A stretch of 17,880 bases of DNA from Candidatus Eiseniibacteriota bacterium (GTDB lineage: Bacteria; Joyebacterota; Joyebacteria; Joyebacterales; Joyebacteraceae): the NCBI GenBank assembly GCA_043819135.1, contig JBDRFG010000160.1:1-17880 (forward strand). Direction: 5' to 3'. Position 1 is the stretch's first letter, and each line of letters begins with the position of its first letter. The notes below the pieces were generated by a model that worked only from the letters and a program-made list of their open reading frames with translations, searched no databases and was not told the DNA's origin. The position numbers and the translations under genes are program-made. Positions 1 through 8,198 of this stretch are shown here, in pieces.

Positions 1-1
1 C

Positions 2-1555
2 GACCAGCTCGTCGATCCACTGCCCGAGGTGGTGCTGGCATCGCGGGCGCTCCCTGACCTCAAGGAATCGATGGCGGACGTGCACTTCCCGCCGTCCGTC
101 GAGCGCGCGGCGCGGGCCCGCTCGCGGCTGGCCTACGAGGAATTCTTCCTGTTCCAGGTGGTCGTCGCGCTCAGAAAGCGGCAGGTGGCGGGCAGCGGCG
201 GCGCGGTTCCGATCGCGTGGAGCGACGCCGAACACGCGAGACTCGTCGAGTCACTTGCGTTCGAGCTCACCGGCGCTCAGGAGCGTGTGATCAGTGAGAT
301 CGGGGGCGACATCAGGAGCGGCGCGCCGATGAACAGGCTGCTTCAGGGCGACGTAGGGTCGGGCAAGACCGCCGTGGCCGCGTCCGCCATGCATCAGGTC
401 GTGGCCGCGGGTCACCAGGCGGCCATCATGGCGCCGACGGAGATCCTCGCGGAGCAGCACTTCGAGAACCTGAGGGCGCTACTCTCACCGCTCGGCGATC
501 GAGTCGTGCTCCTGCGCGGCGGGATGAGGGTGGGGGAGCGTAACGAGGCGCTGGGGCTGATCGAGAGCGGAGAGGCGCAGATCGTCGTGGGAACGCACGC
601 CCTGATCCAGGAGGGGACGACGTTCTCCGACCTCGCGCTCGCGGTCGTCGACGAGCAGCACAGATTCGGCGTCGTGCAGCGCGCCGCTCTTCGCGCGAAG
701 GGACGCGCGCCGCATATCCTCGTAATGACCGCGACGCCTATCCCGAGGACGCTCGCGCTCACCGTCTACGGCGACCTCGACGTGTCGGTCCTGGACGAGA
801 TGCCGCCGGGTAGAGAGAGGGTCGCGACCGCCGTCAGGGACGAGGCGGCAAGGAAGAAGGTGTACGATTTCCTGAAGAGCGAAGTGGCGGCCGGCCGGCA
901 GATCTTCATCGTGTACCCGCTCGTCGAGGAGTCGGAGAAGATGGAGCTGGCGGCGGCGACGAAGATGTACGAGAAGCTCAAGGAGCGCGTGTTCACCGAC
1001 GCCAACGTCGGGCTGGTCCACGGCCGGATGAAGCCGGAGGACAAGGACGCCGTCATGGAGACCTTCAAGGCCGGAGACACCGACATCCTCGTGTCGACGA
1101 CGGTCGTGGAAGTCGGAGTGGACATTCCCAACGCGACCGTGATGCTCATTGAACACGCTGAGCGGTTCGGCCTAGCGCAACTCCACCAGCTCAGGGGCCG
1201 CGTCGGCAGGGGGGACCAGCAGTCCTACTGCATCCTGATGGTGGGACGCGGCGCGTCCGACGAGGCGCGCGAGCGCATTCAGGTGCTGGCCGACACTAAC
1301 GACGGGTTCGTCATCGCCGAAAAGGACCTGGAGATGCGTGGGCCCGGCGAGTTCCTTGGCGTGAGGCAGCACGGACTGCCGACATTCTCGGTAGCGGATC
1401 TGGGACACGACTCCCGTCTGCTCGTTGCTGCCAGAGACGACGCGTTCGCTTTCGTTGCGGGCGATCCGGACATGAGCACTCCGGCCGCCGCGCTCCTGCT
1501 CGACGCGACCAGGAAACGGTTCAAGGGCCGCGGGGCGTTCATGGACGTGGGATAG
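2..1555 (+). CDS. recG: ATP-dependent DNA helicase RecG (5'-truncated by the window edge)
   Basis: The frame is open from position 2 (DQLVDPLPEV...). RecG/SF2 motifs: RLAYEEF, MNRLLQGDVGSGKT, MAPTEILAEQH, DEQHRFG, MTATPIPRTL, HGRM, ERFGLAQLHQLRGRVGRG and the TRG motif DGFVIAEKDLEMRGPGE. Confidence 0.97.
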   Translation, partial: DQLVDPLPEVVLASRALPDLKESMADVHFPPSVERAARARSRLAYEEFFLFQVVVALRKRQVAGSGGAVPIAWSDAEHARLVESLAFELTGAQERVISEIGGDIRSGAPMNRLLQGDVGSGKTAVAASAMHQVVAAGHQAAIMAPTEILAEQHFENLRALLSPLGDRVVLLRGGMRVGERNEALGLIESGEAQIVVGTHALIQEGTTFSDLALAVVDEQHRFGVVQRAALRAKGRAPHILVMTATPIPRTLALTVYGDLDVSVLDEMPPGRERVATAVRDEAARKKVYDFLKSEVAAGRQIFIVYPLVEESEKMELAAATKMYEKLKERVFTDANVGLVHGRMKPEDKDAVMETFKAGDTDILVSTTVVEVGVDIPNATVMLIEHAERFGLAQLHQLRGRVGRGDQQSYCILMVGRGASDEARERIQVLADTNDGFVIAEKDLEMRGPGEFLGVRQHGLPTFSVADLGHDSRLLVAARDDAFAFVAGDPDMSTPAAALLLDATRKRFKGRGAFMDVG

Positions 1556-1563
1556 GAGGTTCG

Positions 1564-2109
1564 ATGACCAGAGACGAGGCGGTCGCCGCCGTCAAGAAGA
1601 ACTGCGCGAACAGAAATCTAATGAAGCACATGCTGGCCACCGAGGCCGTGATGGTCGGCCTCGCAGAGCGGCTCGGCGAGGACACGGAGTCGTGGGCGCT
1701 GGCGGGGCTTCTTCACGACTTGGACTACGAGGACACCGTCGACGACCCTGAGCGACACGGTCTGGTCTCTGCAGAGATGCTGGGTGAGCTGGGCGTCTGT
1801 GAGGAGATAATCCACGCCGTCAAGGCTCACAACGAACACGTTACGAGAGACAGCGCAATGGACAGGGCGCTCTACGCCAGCGACCCGATCACCGGGCTCA
1901 TCGTCGCAGCCGCGCTCATGCATCCCGACAGGAAGCTGGCGGGGATCGACGTGGACTTCGTCATGCGCAGGCTCAAGGAAAAGCGGTTCGCGGCGGGCGC
2001 CAGCCGGGAGCAGATAGCCGCGTGCTCAGAGCTGGGCCTGTCGGTAGAGGAATTCGTCGGGATCGCACTTTCGTCCATGCAGGACATCAGCGAAGAGCTG
2101 GGGTTGTAG
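1564..2109 (+). CDS. HD/HDIG-domain metal-dependent phosphohydrolase
   Basis: SD AGGAGG a few nt before the ATG. Motifs KHMLATEAVM, LAGLLHDLDYE, H-G and AVKAHN; the C-terminal KEKRFAAGASRE is typical of this small HDIG family. Confidence 0.88.
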   Translation: MTRDEAVAAVKKNCANRNLMKHMLATEAVMVGLAERLGEDTESWALAGLLHDLDYEDTVDDPERHGLVSAEMLGELGVCEEIIHAVKAHNEHVTRDSAMDRALYASDPITGLIVAAALMHPDRKLAGIDVDFVMRRLKEKRFAAGASREQIAACSELGLSVEEFVGIALSSMQDISEELGL

Positions 2110-2118
2110 AGGGGCCTG

Positions 2119-3372
2119 CTAGTAGAGCACGCTCTCCGGGTTGCTTCGCTTGCCGCTCTTCTTGACCTCGAAGTGAACGTGCGGGCCTGTTGATACGCCC
2201 GTGGTTCCCACCGTGGCGATGCGGTCGCCCTTTTTGACCGTCTGACCGCGATCGACGAGTATCGTCGAGCAGTGTCCGTAGAGCGTCTCGTATCCGTTCG
2301 GATGCTCGACGACGACTGTCTTTCCGTAGCCGCCCTTCCAGCCCACGAACGTAACCCGCCCGCCGAGCGCTGCCCGGATCGATGTCCCGCGCGGCGCCGC
2401 GATGTCGAGACCCGTGTGCATCATGCGCCGGCGGTAGACCGGATGCAGCCGCATGCCGTAGCGTCCCGATATTCTACCGTGCACTGGCCACGCGAATCGG
2501 AAGAGCTGCGCGAGGGCGCCCGAGCCCGGGATGAAGAGCTTCTCGCCGATATGCACGGTCCCGACGTCGACGCCGGGGTTGGCGTTGACCAGGTCGGTCA
2601 GGTCGACTTCGTACTTCTTGCAGATCCCGCTTATCGTGTCGCCCTTCTTCAGATCGACGTAGGTCCCGTCCGTGTCGGGCACCTCCAGGATCTGCCCGGG
2701 GCGAAGGTACCGCGCGCTGGGCAGGTCGTTCATCGCGACGATCGTCTCCATGCGAACGTCGTACTTCCTGGCGATGTTCCACAGGCATTCGCCCGAGGCG
2801 ACCGCGTGACGCGTGATGACCGGTGCGCCCTGCTTCGCCTTGCCGTTGCCGCCGATTGGAGCGCTTTTCGAGATGGGGTACAGAAACTCGAGCGAGCGAT
2901 CCCAGCTCCGTTCGCGCGAGTAGAGCAACGGCAACCGGACCTCGACCTTGCGCCGGGGAACACGCGCGTAGCTCACACGGTTCGCGCTGGCCAGAAGGTC
3001 CATGTCGATGCCGTACTCCATGGCGATGGATTCGAGGTCACGCCCGGGTTCGGCGATGTAGTCGTAGCTGGCGGTGCCCTCAGGAACCGGAGTCACCACA
3101 CCGATGACGTCGAAGCTGGATTTGAGATAGTCGCTGTCGGTCTCGCCGAGCACGCGTCCCCAGGGAGAGAGCTGAGTGAACATCGGGGCTCGAGCGTTCA
3201 GCTCAACGTTGCTTGAAACGGCGAGTTGGCTGACCGCCATGCCGGAGGCTACGGCGAGCGTCATGACGACCGCGGAGAGCCATACATAGAATCTCACGGT
3301 CCGCGGGAGGCGTACGAAACGGCCCGAAAGCATGGCGCCCAAGGAGGCTTCTGTCTCTACGTAGTTGCTCAT
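2119..3372 (-). CDS. LysM peptidoglycan-binding domain-containing M23 family metallopeptidase
   Basis: N-terminal hydrophobic segment (FYVWLSAVVMTLAVASGMAV). Two clear LysM repeats (HAVASGECLWNIARKY, LKKGDTISGICKKY) plus a degenerate one (YIAEPGRDLESIAMEYG). M23 Zn motifs HTGLD and GPHVHFE. Start placed at ATG 3372 because the ORF-track start (3429) lies upstream of the predicted promoter; ATG 3333 is an alternative. Confidence 0.92.
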   Translation of the reverse strand: MSNYVETEASLGAMLSGRFVRLPRTVRFYVWLSAVVMTLAVASGMAVSQLAVSSNVELNARAPMFTQLSPWGRVLGETDSDYLKSSFDVIGVVTPVPEGTASYDYIAEPGRDLESIAMEYGIDMDLLASANRVSYARVPRRKVEVRLPLLYSRERSWDRSLEFLYPISKSAPIGGNGKAKQGAPVITRHAVASGECLWNIARKYDVRMETIVAMNDLPSARYLRPGQILEVPDTDGTYVDLKKGDTISGICKKYEVDLTDLVNANPGVDVGTVHIGEKLFIPGSGALAQLFRFAWPVHGRISGRYGMRLHPVYRRRMMHTGLDIAAPRGTSIRAALGGRVTFVGWKGGYGKTVVVEHPNGYETLYGHCSTILVDRGQTVKKGDRIATVGTTGVSTGPHVHFEVKKSGKRSNPESVLY

Positions 3373-3385
3373 AAGGTGACTCGGG

Positions 3386-3414
3386 AATATACGGGTCTCA
3401 AGACACAGTGTCAA
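3386..3414 (-). promoter_or_regulatory. sigma70-type promoter of the M23 peptidase gene
   Basis: The minus strand reads TTGACA (3414-3409), 17 bp, TATATT (3391-3386): near consensus with optimal spacing in a GC-rich background. Confidence 0.8.
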
Positions 3415-3494
3415 GCTGCAATGCCCCACCCGAACTCAGTGAACGGATGCAAGCATTGGGCCTGGCTCATTCCGTAAAACGTCCGCACAACGGT

Positions 3495-4397
3495 TTATAG
3501 GAGCTTGAACGTGAATCCCAGCGAGAGCGTCTCCTTGAGCCTCAGATCCTCGTCGATCTGCTTATCGTACAGCAGCTGCAGGTACAGATTGACGACGATG
3601 TAGTCCGTGATCCCCGCCGAGAACGTGTTCTGCCAGTTGACGTCGGGCGACTTCCAGTCGTCGACCCCGGGCAGTCCTTCGAGCGCGTCCGACTCGGAGT
3701 AGTAAAGTGCCTTGTAGATCGTCAGGTCGCTGCTCAGAGAAATGGCGCCATCGGCGAGGGGAGTCCTGAACTCGCTGACGAACTCCAGGCCGCCGTCGTT
3801 GGTCGAGATGTTCTCCCGCACGGTGCCGCCCTCCGGCAGCGCGTCGCGGTCGATGTGCTGGCGGATCGCCCCACCGAGGCGTGCCGTCCAGTCGCGGTCC
3901 TCTTCGTCGATGAGCACCCTTGCGACGCCACAGCTCTCCGTCAGGGTCATGGGATTCAGTGTGCGCTTCTTCGCCGGGTCACGGGTGTCAAGGAAGCGTG
4001 ACTCGACCCGGCCGGAGACGAACGGGTCGACGAACCAGCCGTACGAGAATCTAAGGACGCTCTCGAAGTCGATGAGGTCCGTGGTCGTCGAGGGTTCCGC
4101 CCACTTCTTCGTCTCCTTGTCCTGATTGTGCGTCTGGCCGAAGGAGAGCTTCAGCGTGTTCTTGCTGTTGAGAACGTCCGTCAGCTGGCTCTCGGCGAGC
4201 GTGTTCGAGTTGAGCGCCCAGGACAGGGCCCCCGTCTCGCCGCCGTCCCAGTTGTTGCTGTATGCGTTCTGCGTGAGGGTCAGGTTGATGTCTGAGGCCA
4301 CCTGCCATCCCTCCGGGATGGGGGCCTCCTCCGCCGGAGCCGGCAGGACGAAAACGAAGATCGCGAGCGTGGCAGCGGTGGCTAGCCGGAACCTCAT
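3495..4397 (-). CDS. DUF3078-like secreted/outer-membrane beta-barrel protein
   Basis: SD AAGGAGG and a signal peptide (MRFRLATAATLAIFVFVLPAPA). The LTQNAYSNNWDGGE N-terminus and LLYD...KETLSLGFTFKL C-terminus resemble DUF3078 proteins; alternating beta-strand pattern. Confidence 0.75.
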   Translation of the reverse strand: MRFRLATAATLAIFVFVLPAPAEEAPIPEGWQVASDINLTLTQNAYSNNWDGGETGALSWALNSNTLAESQLTDVLNSKNTLKLSFGQTHNQDKETKKWAEPSTTTDLIDFESVLRFSYGWFVDPFVSGRVESRFLDTRDPAKKRTLNPMTLTESCGVARVLIDEEDRDWTARLGGAIRQHIDRDALPEGGTVRENISTNDGGLEFVSEFRTPLADGAISLSSDLTIYKALYYSESDALEGLPGVDDWKSPDVNWQNTFSAGITDYIVVNLYLQLLYDKQIDEDLRLKETLSLGFTFKLL

Positions 4398-4503
4398 AGG
4401 TGTCCTCCTTGATACTGGATTCTTATGGTCGATGCTGGACGCGGCGACGCGCCGGTCCGGCCCGGTGGCCGTGCGGCGCGTCGGTCGTCCGTTCCCAGTT
4501 CTC

Positions 4504-4965
4504 CTACGCTGCGGGAGCGCCCAGCTGCGACGTGCAGAACGCGCAGCGCGTGGCCTTGATAGGTATCTCCGAGAAGCAGTGCGGGCACTCCTTCGTCGTC
4601 GGCTCGGCCGGCGCTTCCTCTTCCTGCTTCTGCAGCTTCGCGAGCTGGCGGATGAGCAGGAACACGCAGAACGCGATGATGAGGAAGCTGACGATGCTCA
4701 GTATGAACAGACCCCAGTTGAGCGTGACGGCTCCTGCCTGTTGCGCGTCGACGAGCGTCGCGTACGGACCGACGGCCTTTCCCGACTTCAGAACCGCGAA
4801 CAGGTTCGTGAAGTCGACCTTGCCCAACAGAAGTCCTATGGGCGGCATTATCACGTCCTTGACCAGCGACTGGACGATCGAGCCGAACGCCGCGCCGATG
4901 ATGATACCGACGGCCATGTCGACGACGTTGCCGCGCATGATGAACGCTTTGAAATCCTTGATCAC
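4504..4965 (-). CDS. mscL: Large-conductance mechanosensitive channel MscL with C-terminal Cys4 (zinc-ribbon-like) tail
   Basis: GTG start after SD GAAGGAGG. Signature FKAFIMRGNVVDMAVGIIIGAAFGSIVQSLVKDVIMP, TM2 WGLFILSIVSFLIIAFCVF, and tail ECPHCFSEIPIKATRCAFCTSQL. Confidence 0.96.
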   Translation of the reverse strand: MIKDFKAFIMRGNVVDMAVGIIIGAAFGSIVQSLVKDVIMPPIGLLLGKVDFTNLFAVLKSGKAVGPYATLVDAQQAGAVTLNWGLFILSIVSFLIIAFCVFLLIRQLAKLQKQEEEAPAEPTTKECPHCFSEIPIKATRCAFCTSQLGAPAA

Positions 4966-5060
4966 GACTGCCTCCTTCTCCGTAACCGGCCCGGGCGGCG
5001 CGGTCTCGTCCGCGCGTCCGTCGCCGGTGCTCTCTGCCGAGCTGTGTAGAATGCCCATAC

Positions 5061-5090
5061 TCCCTACCACTGCCGGTGATGGGCTGTCAA
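5061..5090 (-). promoter_or_regulatory. possible promoter for mscL (-35 clear, -10 poor)
   Basis: Perfect TTGACA at 5090-5085 on the minus strand. The hexamer 18 bp downstream (TAGGGA) is a weak -10. Confidence 0.3.
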
Positions 5091-5151
5091 GTCCGGGTGT
5101 GCGCGGTCCCTCAACGGGCCCGGACCGGGCCTCGGACCGGGGCAATTGACC

Positions 5152-5180
5152 TTGACACCCGCTCACGCTGGCAATAACAT
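5152..5180 (+). promoter_or_regulatory. sigma70-type promoter for the histidine kinase and downstream operon
   Basis: TTGACA (5152-5157), 17 bp, TAACAT (5175-5180). Confidence 0.8.
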
Positions 5181-5267
5181 GACGGCGACTGAGGCCCGCT
5201 CTCCGGCCGTTCTACGCCCTTGTCTGGCGAACCAGCCCTCCGGGCTGACAACTTGGGGTTCGGAAGC

Positions 5268-6623
5268 ATGCTCGCCTTCGCGGTGACCGCTGCTGGTGTT
5301 GCTCCGCTGGCGCCGGCAGTTCCGATTTCCTTGATCGCGACGGCGCTCATTCTGGGCATCGCGACCGGCTGGCTGTCCGGCAGAGTCCAGAGGCGGCGAG
5401 ACAGGCGGAAGAGCGGCGAGATCGTCAAGAGCAAGCACCAGCTTCAGGCGATATTCGACGGCATCACCGACGGGCTCATCATCGTGGACACCGACTTCAC
5501 GGTCAAGGCCATCAACAAGGCCGAGGCCGCCTTCCTGGGCAGCACGCCTCAGGAATTGGTGGGGAAGCCGTGTTACGAGGTCTACTGCAGGGGGGACGCG
5601 GCCTGCGAGTCCTGTCCGGCTCACGAGACCTTCGCGACCGGCAAGCCCGTGCTCATCTCCAAGATCGAGCACCAGTCCGGGTATCATCGTAAGGGCGTGG
5701 ACGTCTACACGTTCCCGGTCCGGGACGAGAAGGGCGAGACCGTCCAGGCCATCCAGTACATCAAGGACGTTACGGATCGCCTCAAGCTCCAGAGACAGCT
5801 TCGCGAGGTGGAACAGATGACCGGTATCGGTCACATGGCGGCGAACGTAGCGCACGAGATAAGGAACCCGCTGATCGCGGTCGGCGGTTTCGCCCGGCAG
5901 CTTCACGAGGCGCTCGACGCGGACGATCCAAAGAGGGAGTACACGGGCATCATTCTGGAGGAGGTCACGCGACTCGAGCAGATCCTGCGCGAGCAGCTGA
6001 CGCTCGAGAGACATCTCCAGCCCGTGCTCGCACCGGTCGAGATCAACCAGATAATCAAGGACGTCCGGAAGCTACTCTCGCACGGAATGCTCTCGTCCCG
6101 GATCAGGCTGATCGGGAGTCTCGCGGACGGGTTGCCCGTCACGATGGGGGACGCCAACCAGCTCAAGCAGGTGTTCCTCAATGTCATCAGCAATTCCATC
6201 CAGTCCATGCCCGACGGCGGGACGATAGAGATCTCGAGCGAGCAATCGGGTCAGACGATAGTGGTGACCGTTCACGACAACGGTCCAGGTATTCCGAAGG
6301 AGATAATGAGCAAGCTGTTCGTGCCGTTCTTCACAACGAGGAAGGCGGGATCGGGGCTCGGAATGGCGGTGACCCGGCGGATCATGGAGAACCACGGCGG
6401 CAGCGTGAGCGTCGATAGCGAGATGGGCAAGGGAACGACCGTCAGCCTCTTGATCCCGATAGTGAGAAGCACTCCCGAGGTTGAGCATCGGGCGCTCTAC
6501 GGCGACTCGCCGGGCCCGGACGGCAGGGGAGAAAGGGAGACGGGAGTGGGCGCAGTGGCAGCAGAACAGGAAACTAGCGCAGCGGAACATGGATCGACCG
6601 AAGGCACCGGAGGTTCCGAATGA
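5268..6623 (+). CDS. PAS-domain sensor histidine kinase (NtrB-like HisKA + HATPase)
   Basis: N-terminal hydrophobic segment, then a PAS domain (IFDGITDGLIIVD...NKA...ELVGKPC). H-box AHEIRNPL, N-box QVFLNVISNS, G1 DNGPGI, F-box FVPFFTT, G2 GSGLG. Start uncertain (TTG 5220, ATG 5268 or GTG 5283). Confidence 0.94.
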   Translation: MLAFAVTAAGVAPLAPAVPISLIATALILGIATGWLSGRVQRRRDRRKSGEIVKSKHQLQAIFDGITDGLIIVDTDFTVKAINKAEAAFLGSTPQELVGKPCYEVYCRGDAACESCPAHETFATGKPVLISKIEHQSGYHRKGVDVYTFPVRDEKGETVQAIQYIKDVTDRLKLQRQLREVEQMTGIGHMAANVAHEIRNPLIAVGGFARQLHEALDADDPKREYTGIILEEVTRLEQILREQLTLERHLQPVLAPVEINQIIKDVRKLLSHGMLSSRIRLIGSLADGLPVTMGDANQLKQVFLNVISNSIQSMPDGGTIEISSEQSGQTIVVTVHDNGPGIPKEIMSKLFVPFFTTRKAGSGLGMAVTRRIMENHGGSVSVDSEMGKGTTVSLLIPIVRSTPEVEHRALYGDSPGPDGRGERETGVGAVAAEQETSAAEHGSTEGTGGSE

Positions 6624-6985
6624 CGAAACTGCTGGTCGTCGATGACGAGAAGAACATCAGGAGACTCTACGAGACCGAACTCACGCGTGACGGCTACGAC
6701 GTGACGACGGTCGAGAGCGCCGAGGAAGCGCTGGAGGCGCTGGAGCGGTCGGAGCCGGACCTGGTCGTGCTGGACATCAGGCTCGAGGGGATGGACGGCA
6801 TCGACTGCTTGCGCAGCATCATGGAGACACGGAGAGACCTCCCGGTCATCCTGAACTCGGCCTACTCCACGTACAAGCAGGACTTCGCGTCGTGGATGGC
6901 GGACGCGTACGTCGTGAAGTCGGCGGACCTCACCGAGCTCAAGGACACGATCAAAGAGGTTCTCGAGAAGCGCGGCAAGGCCTGA
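6620..6985 (+). CDS. Single-domain (CheY-like) response regulator
   Basis: SD GGAGG and an ATGA overlap with the kinase stop. LLVVDDE, phospho-acceptor VLDI, NSAY and conserved VVKS; no output domain. Confidence 0.95.
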   Translation: MTKLLVVDDEKNIRRLYETELTRDGYDVTTVESAEEALEALERSEPDLVVLDIRLEGMDGIDCLRSIMETRRDLPVILNSAYSTYKQDFASWMADAYVVKSADLTELKDTIKEVLEKRGKA

Positions 6986-7076
6986 GGTGCGTTCGCGCGG
7001 AATGATCGTGCCCGAGGAGGGTACGGCCGGGCGAGCGCGAGACACGGAGCGCGGAGCACCGCGCCGGAGAGTGCAC

Positions 7077-8168
7077 GTGAAGCGGAGCCAGACGAACAAG
7101 GAACTTCTGGATTTCAGAAAGAGGCTCAGGTCGGCGCCGGACGACGTTGACGCGCTGTCTGAACTGTCGTCCGTCTACATGGCGTCGGGTCGCTCCGCGG
7201 ACGCCGTCGTGGTCCTGCAGCAGCTTCTGGCCAAGCGACCGCGTGACGCCCAGGCGATGATCGATTGCGGCACCTGCTACCGTCGGCTGGGATTGCTCGA
7301 GTCGGCGGCAGCCGAGTTCGAACGCGCGGCGAGGACGGTCCCCGGAAGCGCGCCCGCCCGCTACAACCTCGGGCGGGTATACGATCTCATGGGCCGGTTC
7401 GAAGACGCCGTCGATCAGCACGCGGCCGCCATCGAGTGCGCTCCGGACGACCCGGAGCCGCACTACCGTCTCGGCGTGACGTATGCTCGCAGGCAAGAGT
7501 TCGAGGAGGCCGCCAGGAGTTACGAGCGGGCCATTGAGATCGACTACGCCTGCGCGAAGGCTCACACCAATCTCGGTTACACGCTCGACCAGCTCGGCAA
7601 GACCGACGAGGCCATTCTGGAGTTCAAGCGGGCCATCGAGATCGACCCGGACAACGCGGAACGCCATCTGAATCTCGGGGCCATCTACGGCGAGAAGAGA
7701 ATGCTCCCCGAGGCCATCGACGAGTTCAGATCAGCGTGCGCGACCGACCCCAAGAGCGCCGAGGCCCACTTCAACCTGGGCACGGCGCTTCTCGAGTGCA
7801 ACCAGACCGACGAGGCCGCGGTCGAACTGGAACTGGCGGTGAAATACGCCGCGGACAATCCGGCGGCCCACTACAGGCTCGGCCTGGTCTACTCCGGGAG
7901 GGGGAAGTTCGCGAAGGCCCTCGCGGAGTTCCAGCGCGTGGTGGCTCTCGAGGGGGAAACGGCCAACGCGTGCTACCAGATGGGTCTCGCGCTCTCCTCG
8001 CTGGATCGCCTCGAGGATGCCGAGCGGCATCTCCAGAAGGCCGCCGGCGCCTCTCCCGACGACCCGAAAATACACTATCAGCTTGGGATCGTGATGGACC
8101 GCCTGGGGAAGAGCGTCGATGCTGTCGACTCCTACAGGCGCGCCGACAAGCTCCACGGTCGACCCTAG
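7077..8168 (+). CDS. Tetratricopeptide repeat (TPR) protein
   Basis: About ten tandem 34-aa repeats with the A-x-[YF]-N-L-G...A...F..A...P pattern (ARYNLGRVY, AHTNLGYTL, AHFNLGTAL, AHYRLGLVY). Start uncertain: GTG 7077 has SD GGAGA; in-frame alternatives are 6987 and 7002. Confidence 0.92.
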   Translation: MKRSQTNKELLDFRKRLRSAPDDVDALSELSSVYMASGRSADAVVVLQQLLAKRPRDAQAMIDCGTCYRRLGLLESAAAEFERAARTVPGSAPARYNLGRVYDLMGRFEDAVDQHAAAIECAPDDPEPHYRLGVTYARRQEFEEAARSYERAIEIDYACAKAHTNLGYTLDQLGKTDEAILEFKRAIEIDPDNAERHLNLGAIYGEKRMLPEAIDEFRSACATDPKSAEAHFNLGTALLECNQTDEAAVELELAVKYAADNPAAHYRLGLVYSGRGKFAKALAEFQRVVALEGETANACYQMGLALSSLDRLEDAERHLQKAAGASPDDPKIHYQLGIVMDRLGKSVDAVDSYRRADKLHGRP

Positions 8169-8198
8169 AGCGCCGGCAGGGAAGGAGTTCGCCCTTTC

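Noticed and set aside
1564..2109. HD protein as a Cas3-HD or defence nuclease next to a helicase
   Set aside because: The helicase is clearly RecG (TRG motif) and the HD protein looks like the common stand-alone HDIG family. There is no defence context.
2110..2118. Bidirectional terminator between the convergent HD and M23 genes
   Set aside because: The gap is only 9 bp and I found no convincing hairpin with a U-tract.
3431..3476. GAAC-N5-GAAC repeat and an imperfect ACGGA...TCCGT stem upstream of the M23 promoter
   Set aside because: The spacing does not match LexA boxes I know, and the stem is heavily interrupted.
5121..5156. Direct repeats CGGACCGGG x2 and TTGAC x2 just upstream of and within the -35 box
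   Set aside because: Short and mostly GC-rich, so plausible by chance. No DNA-binding regulator in the window to link them to.
4966..5166. N-terminal extension of MscL in the 220-aa ORF
   Set aside because: It spans the divergent promoter region. The canonical MscL N-terminus and a strong SD point to GTG 4965.
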